Assembly (NCBI RefSeq): GCF_009914755.1 | Contig: NC_060940.1 | Length of the DNA stretch: 64,000 nucleotides | Source of the DNA: the human T2T-CHM13v2.0 reference genome, Homo sapiens | Direction: 5' to 3' (one strand) | Shown here: positions 57,688 to 64,000 of the stretch, one piece after another | Position numbering within the stretch: the stretch's first letter is position 1 | How the letters are laid out: every line of letters starts with the position of its first letter | Made by a program: the position numbers and the translations under genes | Notes under the pieces: model-generated | Database searches by the model: none | Seen by the model: the letters and a program-made list of their open reading frames with translations, nothing else | Told to the model about the DNA's origin: nothing

Positions 57688-58637
57688 TGATAGAGTTTAG
57701 ATATTTTTCCCCTCCAAATCTTATGTTGAAATGTGATCCCTGGCTGGGTGCAGTGGCAGACACCTGTAATCCCAACACTTTGGAGGCCAAAGGCGGGAAG
57801 ATTGCTTGAGCCCAGAGATTTAAGACCAGCCTGGGCAACATAGAGGGATCCCATCTGTACAAAAAAATAAAAAAAATAGCCAGGCATGGTGGTGCACACC
57901 TGTAGGCACAGCTACTTGGGAGGCTGAGGTGGGAGAATCACCTGAGCTCAGGTAGTCAAGGCTGCAGTGAACCGTGATCATGCTGCTGCACTCCAGCCTG
58001 GGTGACAAGAGCAAGACCCTGTCTCAAAAAAGAAGAGAATAGAAGAGTCGAGAAGGGAAGGGAAGACAGGAAGGGAAAGGAAGGGAATGGAAGGGAAGGG
58101 GAGGGGAGGGGAGGGGAGGGGAAGGGAGGGAAAAGAGAAGAGAAGGGAAGGGAAGGGAAGGGAAGGGAAGGGAAGGGAAGGGAAGGAAAGGGAAAGGAAG
58201 GGAAAAGAAAAGAAAAAAGAAAAGAAAAGAAAAGAGATCCAGGAAAGGAGAAATAGGGGAGGAGGGAGAGGAGAGGGGAGGAAAGGGTCCCTGATGTTGA
58301 AGGCGGGTCCTAGTGGGAGGTGTTTGAGTCACGGGAGCAGATCCCTCATGAATGGCTTGGTGTAGTCCTCGAAGTAATGAGTGAGTTCTCACTCTGTTGG
58401 TTCACAGGAGATCCAATTGTTAAAAAGAGCCTGGCACCTCCTCCCTTCCTTCTTGCTCCCTTTCTTGCCATGTGACACAGCTGAGTCCCTTTCACCTTCT
58501 GCCATAAGTGGAAGCATCAGACTGGCACGGTGCTTCTTGTACAGCCTGCAGAACCATGAGCCAAAAGAAACTCTTTTCTTTGTAAATTACCCAGTTTTGG
58601 GTATTCCTTTATAACAATGCAAAATGGACCAATATAA
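57688..58637 (+). mobile_element. MST-type MaLR solo LTR interrupted by AluJ (57742-58035) and a purine repeat
   Basis: ccctccaaatcttatgttgaaatgtgatccc...cttgtacagcctgcagaaccatgagccaa...ataacaatgcaaaatggaccaatata. Confidence 0.82.
58028..58285 (+). repeat. (GGGAA)n/(GAAAA)n polypurine tract
   Basis: ~250 nt almost free of pyrimidines, grown from the Alu tail. Confidence 0.92.
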
Positions 58638-58779
58638 TACCTTCAGCATTCTTAGCTCAAAATGGAAGCATCCATTTGGTTGGGCCCTAGGTCCTAGGTC
58701 TGGTCACCAGCAGCTGGAAAGTAGGGAAGGAACCATCACCTTCCTCCAGCTTCCATAGTGGGAGACAAAGCTGGGGACA

Positions 58780-60110
<1,331 letters not shown>

Positions 60111-60706
60111 GTTCCCGGCTGTGGGCTATTATCTTTAACAGTGAAATACTAAAAGGTTGTGCTCGTGAGGTGGGGCTTTTCAACTCAGAGGACCAAATGT
60201 AAGATGTTCAGAAGGAAGCCAGCCATTTGTGTCAGATCCTCAAATGTCACCGCATGCAGACCTTTTCAGAGCCTTGTCTATTTCTCCTGAAAAGAATGCC
60301 CAATTTCCTGCTGTCGCCTACACCAGTCTGGGACCAAAAGGCAGAAATAGATTAGGTAGGGGCTGATGTCTTAATCTTTAGGTTGCAATCTTCTATTGGT
60401 TCCCCAGTTTTCAGAATTATTTTTCTTTCCAGCCCTTTGCTAGGTAAAGGACTTGCTTGCTGAATTTGGAGCCTTGCTTCTCTGAACTTGGAGCTCTCTA
60501 GTTTAATGTCTTTGTTGACTGCACTTCATGCTGGAGGGCTGGGGCTAGAAGTGTAATTGTCTGGATGTGTGTGATAAGTGAGGTTCCCTAAGGGTCTAAA
60601 CATACAGACTTTCAACTAGGGTCCCTATGTTAAGCCCCATGCTTAAGCTTACCCAGCTTTTGCTGCATCTGATGCCTCCAATTCCCGACTATGTTAGTTG
60701 GGGCTG

Positions 60707-61253
60707 TGTGATGGTTAATACCGAGTGTCAACTTGATTGGATTGAAGGATGCAAAGTATTGTTCCTGGGTGTGTCTGTGAGGGTGTTGCCAAAAGAGATT
60801 AATATTTGATTCAGTGGACTGGGAGAGGCAGACCCACCCTCAATCTGGGTGGGCACCATCTAGTCAGCTGCCAGTGTGGTTAGAATAAAAGCAGGCCGCC
60901 GAACGTGGAAGGACTTGACTTGCTGAGTCTTCCGGCCTTCATCTTTCTCCCGTGCTGGATGCTTCCTGCCCTTGAATATCAGACTCCAAGTTTTTCGGCT
61001 TTTGGACTCTTGGACTTACGCCAGTGGTTTGCCAGGGGCTCTTGGGCCTTAGGCCACAGACCGAAGGCTTCACTATCAGCTTCCCAATTTTTGAGGTTTT
61101 GGGACTTGGACTGGCTTCCTGGCTCCTCAGCTTGCAGATGTCCTATTGTGGGATTTCACCTTGTGATCGTATGAGTGAATTCTTAATAAAATCCCTTTCA
61201 TATACACATCTATCCTATTAGTTCTGTCCCTCTCAAAAACCCTGACTAATGCA
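60707..61253 (+). mobile_element. MLT2A (HERV-L) solo LTR
   Basis: TGTGATGGTTAATACCGAGTGTCAACTTGATTGGATTGAAGG start; ...GTTCTGTCCCTCT...CCCTGACTAATGCA end. Confidence 0.88.
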
Positions 61254-61257
61254 GCCT

Positions 61258-61950
<693 letters not shown>

Positions 61951-61979
61951 GCTGACATGTTAGAGACTATGAAGATGTG

Positions 61980-62428
61980 TGTAAGAGTTAAAGAAAGAGG
62001 AAAGAAACACGAAAAGTGGCTCGACAAAGACAGGTTTATTTTGGAGAATAAACCTAAGAGGGGCTTCTGGCTGATTTCTGTCAGGAGCGCTCTCTCTTAC
62101 AGACTAAGAGCATTTTTCAGTTTTAGGGTGAGAGCTTATTATAGGCTTGTGGGGAGAAGTTCATGGCAGGGCTGGAATTTCTCTGGTCAGAGGGGAGGTT
62201 ATCTTGGGGCTAACATCTCTGTGGTCAGAGGGGAGGTTATCTCAGGGCTGGCATATCTCTGGTCGAGGAGGGGTTTGGAATGTTTCTGGTCAGAGAAGTC
62301 ATTTGTGGTTTATGTTCGTGGTGACCTTAGCCATTAGGTTGATGCCCTTTAAAATCAGGCAGTTTTTGATCAAGGGGAAACTTAGAATGGCAGTGCTTGT
62401 CCAAGATGGCGATGCTCCTGCTCTGTCA
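61980..62428 (-). mobile_element. ERV1 solo LTR, MER61-like
   Basis: Minus-strand TGACAGAGCAGGAGCATCGCCATCTTGG start; TG..CA ends; 5-bp TSD ATGTG at 61975-61979 and 62429-62433. Confidence 0.75.
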
Positions 62429-63084
62429 ATGTGCATGCTGTTGGCTTCCTCTCTGCAAGTATTTGAGAGTCACAATTCTCAGTACTACTAATATCTTTAC
62501 CTGACTTCCAGCTTTTTGAAACCTCTTGACATCTCTCTGCTGGATTGTCTGTTATTAACCTGACAGCATTCCCTCCCTCTTCTACAGTGTTCTCGGCATC
62601 ACAGAATTACATTTTCAAGAATCTCTTTCTTAGAGTTTGCCAATGAGAGGTACTTGCAAAGATTTGGAAGACAAAAGGAAAAGCTGTTCTTTGGCAGCAG
62701 TTGTGGGCAGACTGGATGAATAAAACTGCAGACCTGAGGTCTCATTGGCTTTCAGGCATGCTGTTGCAAATGACCCATCTCAGGGCTGTGGGTTGCCAAG
62801 AAGACAGTAACTCAGTCTTCACAGAGCTCTTGAGCAGAGATGAGATGAGGGAGACGTGAGTGAGAGAGGGTTGTGCAAGTGCAGGATTGGATGTTGTTTT
62901 TACTAAAAATTCGGACATTTTGTTGATCATGGATTTTTTTCACATTGTTTGTTTTTAAAAAATATTGCATTGAAATGTTAATTAGCTGGATTGGTTCTTT
63001 CTGCAATGCATGCATAGATCAAAACATCACATGGTACTCCATAAACACATAATTATTCCTTGTCAATGAAAAAAAAAATTTTGA

Positions 63085-63613
<529 letters not shown>

Positions 63614-64000
63614 CTAAAATATTCTTTGATGCCCCCTTAAAACTTGTACCTGAGAAGACTCCCTCACTAGTCCTACTCCAGTCCCAGCCCAGCCCTTAAA
63701 AGACGCACAGAGTTTCCATGGGAGGCCGTGAGATTCACTCACTTCAGTGCTATCGTCTAAGACTGGTGGCAGTGGCTTGCCTGCCCTTCATTTCCCCAGC
63801 CTTCCAATGGTGGGGTAAGCCTGAAATTCTCCATATTCAAACCTTTCCTACTTGAAATATACAAGTTGGTTTCTGCTTTTCCAATGCAATCTTGACTTAC
63901 ACAATCTCTCATTGACTGGGTTCTCCTCTTCTGAGCTCTCTGTTGTGGTTCTACATCTTTTTTACTTTTTTACTCTGATTTTAGTAAAATTCTGGCGTGG

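Noticed and set aside
58002-58392. GKGRE-rich and FPSLP-rich ORFs
   Set aside because: Translations of the (GGGAA)n repeat

Overview
Mammalian (primate, almost certainly human) genomic DNA, Alu/L1-rich. It holds the 5' half of the deubiquitinase gene USP31 on the minus strand. Six coding exons were reconstructed from GT-AG sites and frame continuity: 51250-50618, 10168-10031, 8472-8384, 8290-8198, 7561-7426 and 4448-4304 (1234 nt of CDS; the gene continues past position 1). Exon 1 lies in a CpG-island promoter (~50.5-51.75 kb) and is followed by a 40.4-kb intron 1. The rest is interspersed repeat: ~40 Alus, L1PA/L1MB/L1MC pieces, DNA-transposon MITEs and, upstream of the gene, solo LTRs (MST, MLT2A, MLT1, MER61-like). 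Almost all other ORFs in the track are repeat or GC artefacts. I see no evidence for a new multi-gene system. The best second-look items are: (1) a chained uORF / overlapping-ORF arrangement (TGATG stop-start) with a G4 motif just 5' of the USP31 ATG; (2) a ~100-bp near-perfect non-Alu inverted duplication with templated micro-repeats at 39.4-39.9 kb; (3) a polyadenylated, TSD-flanked LTR12 R-region fragment inside an Alu; (4) a cluster of five ACGTG motifs in intron 1; (5) a 93-nt intron that stays open until its last codon. Repeat subfamily names come from recall of consensus sequences, and repeat boundaries are approximate.
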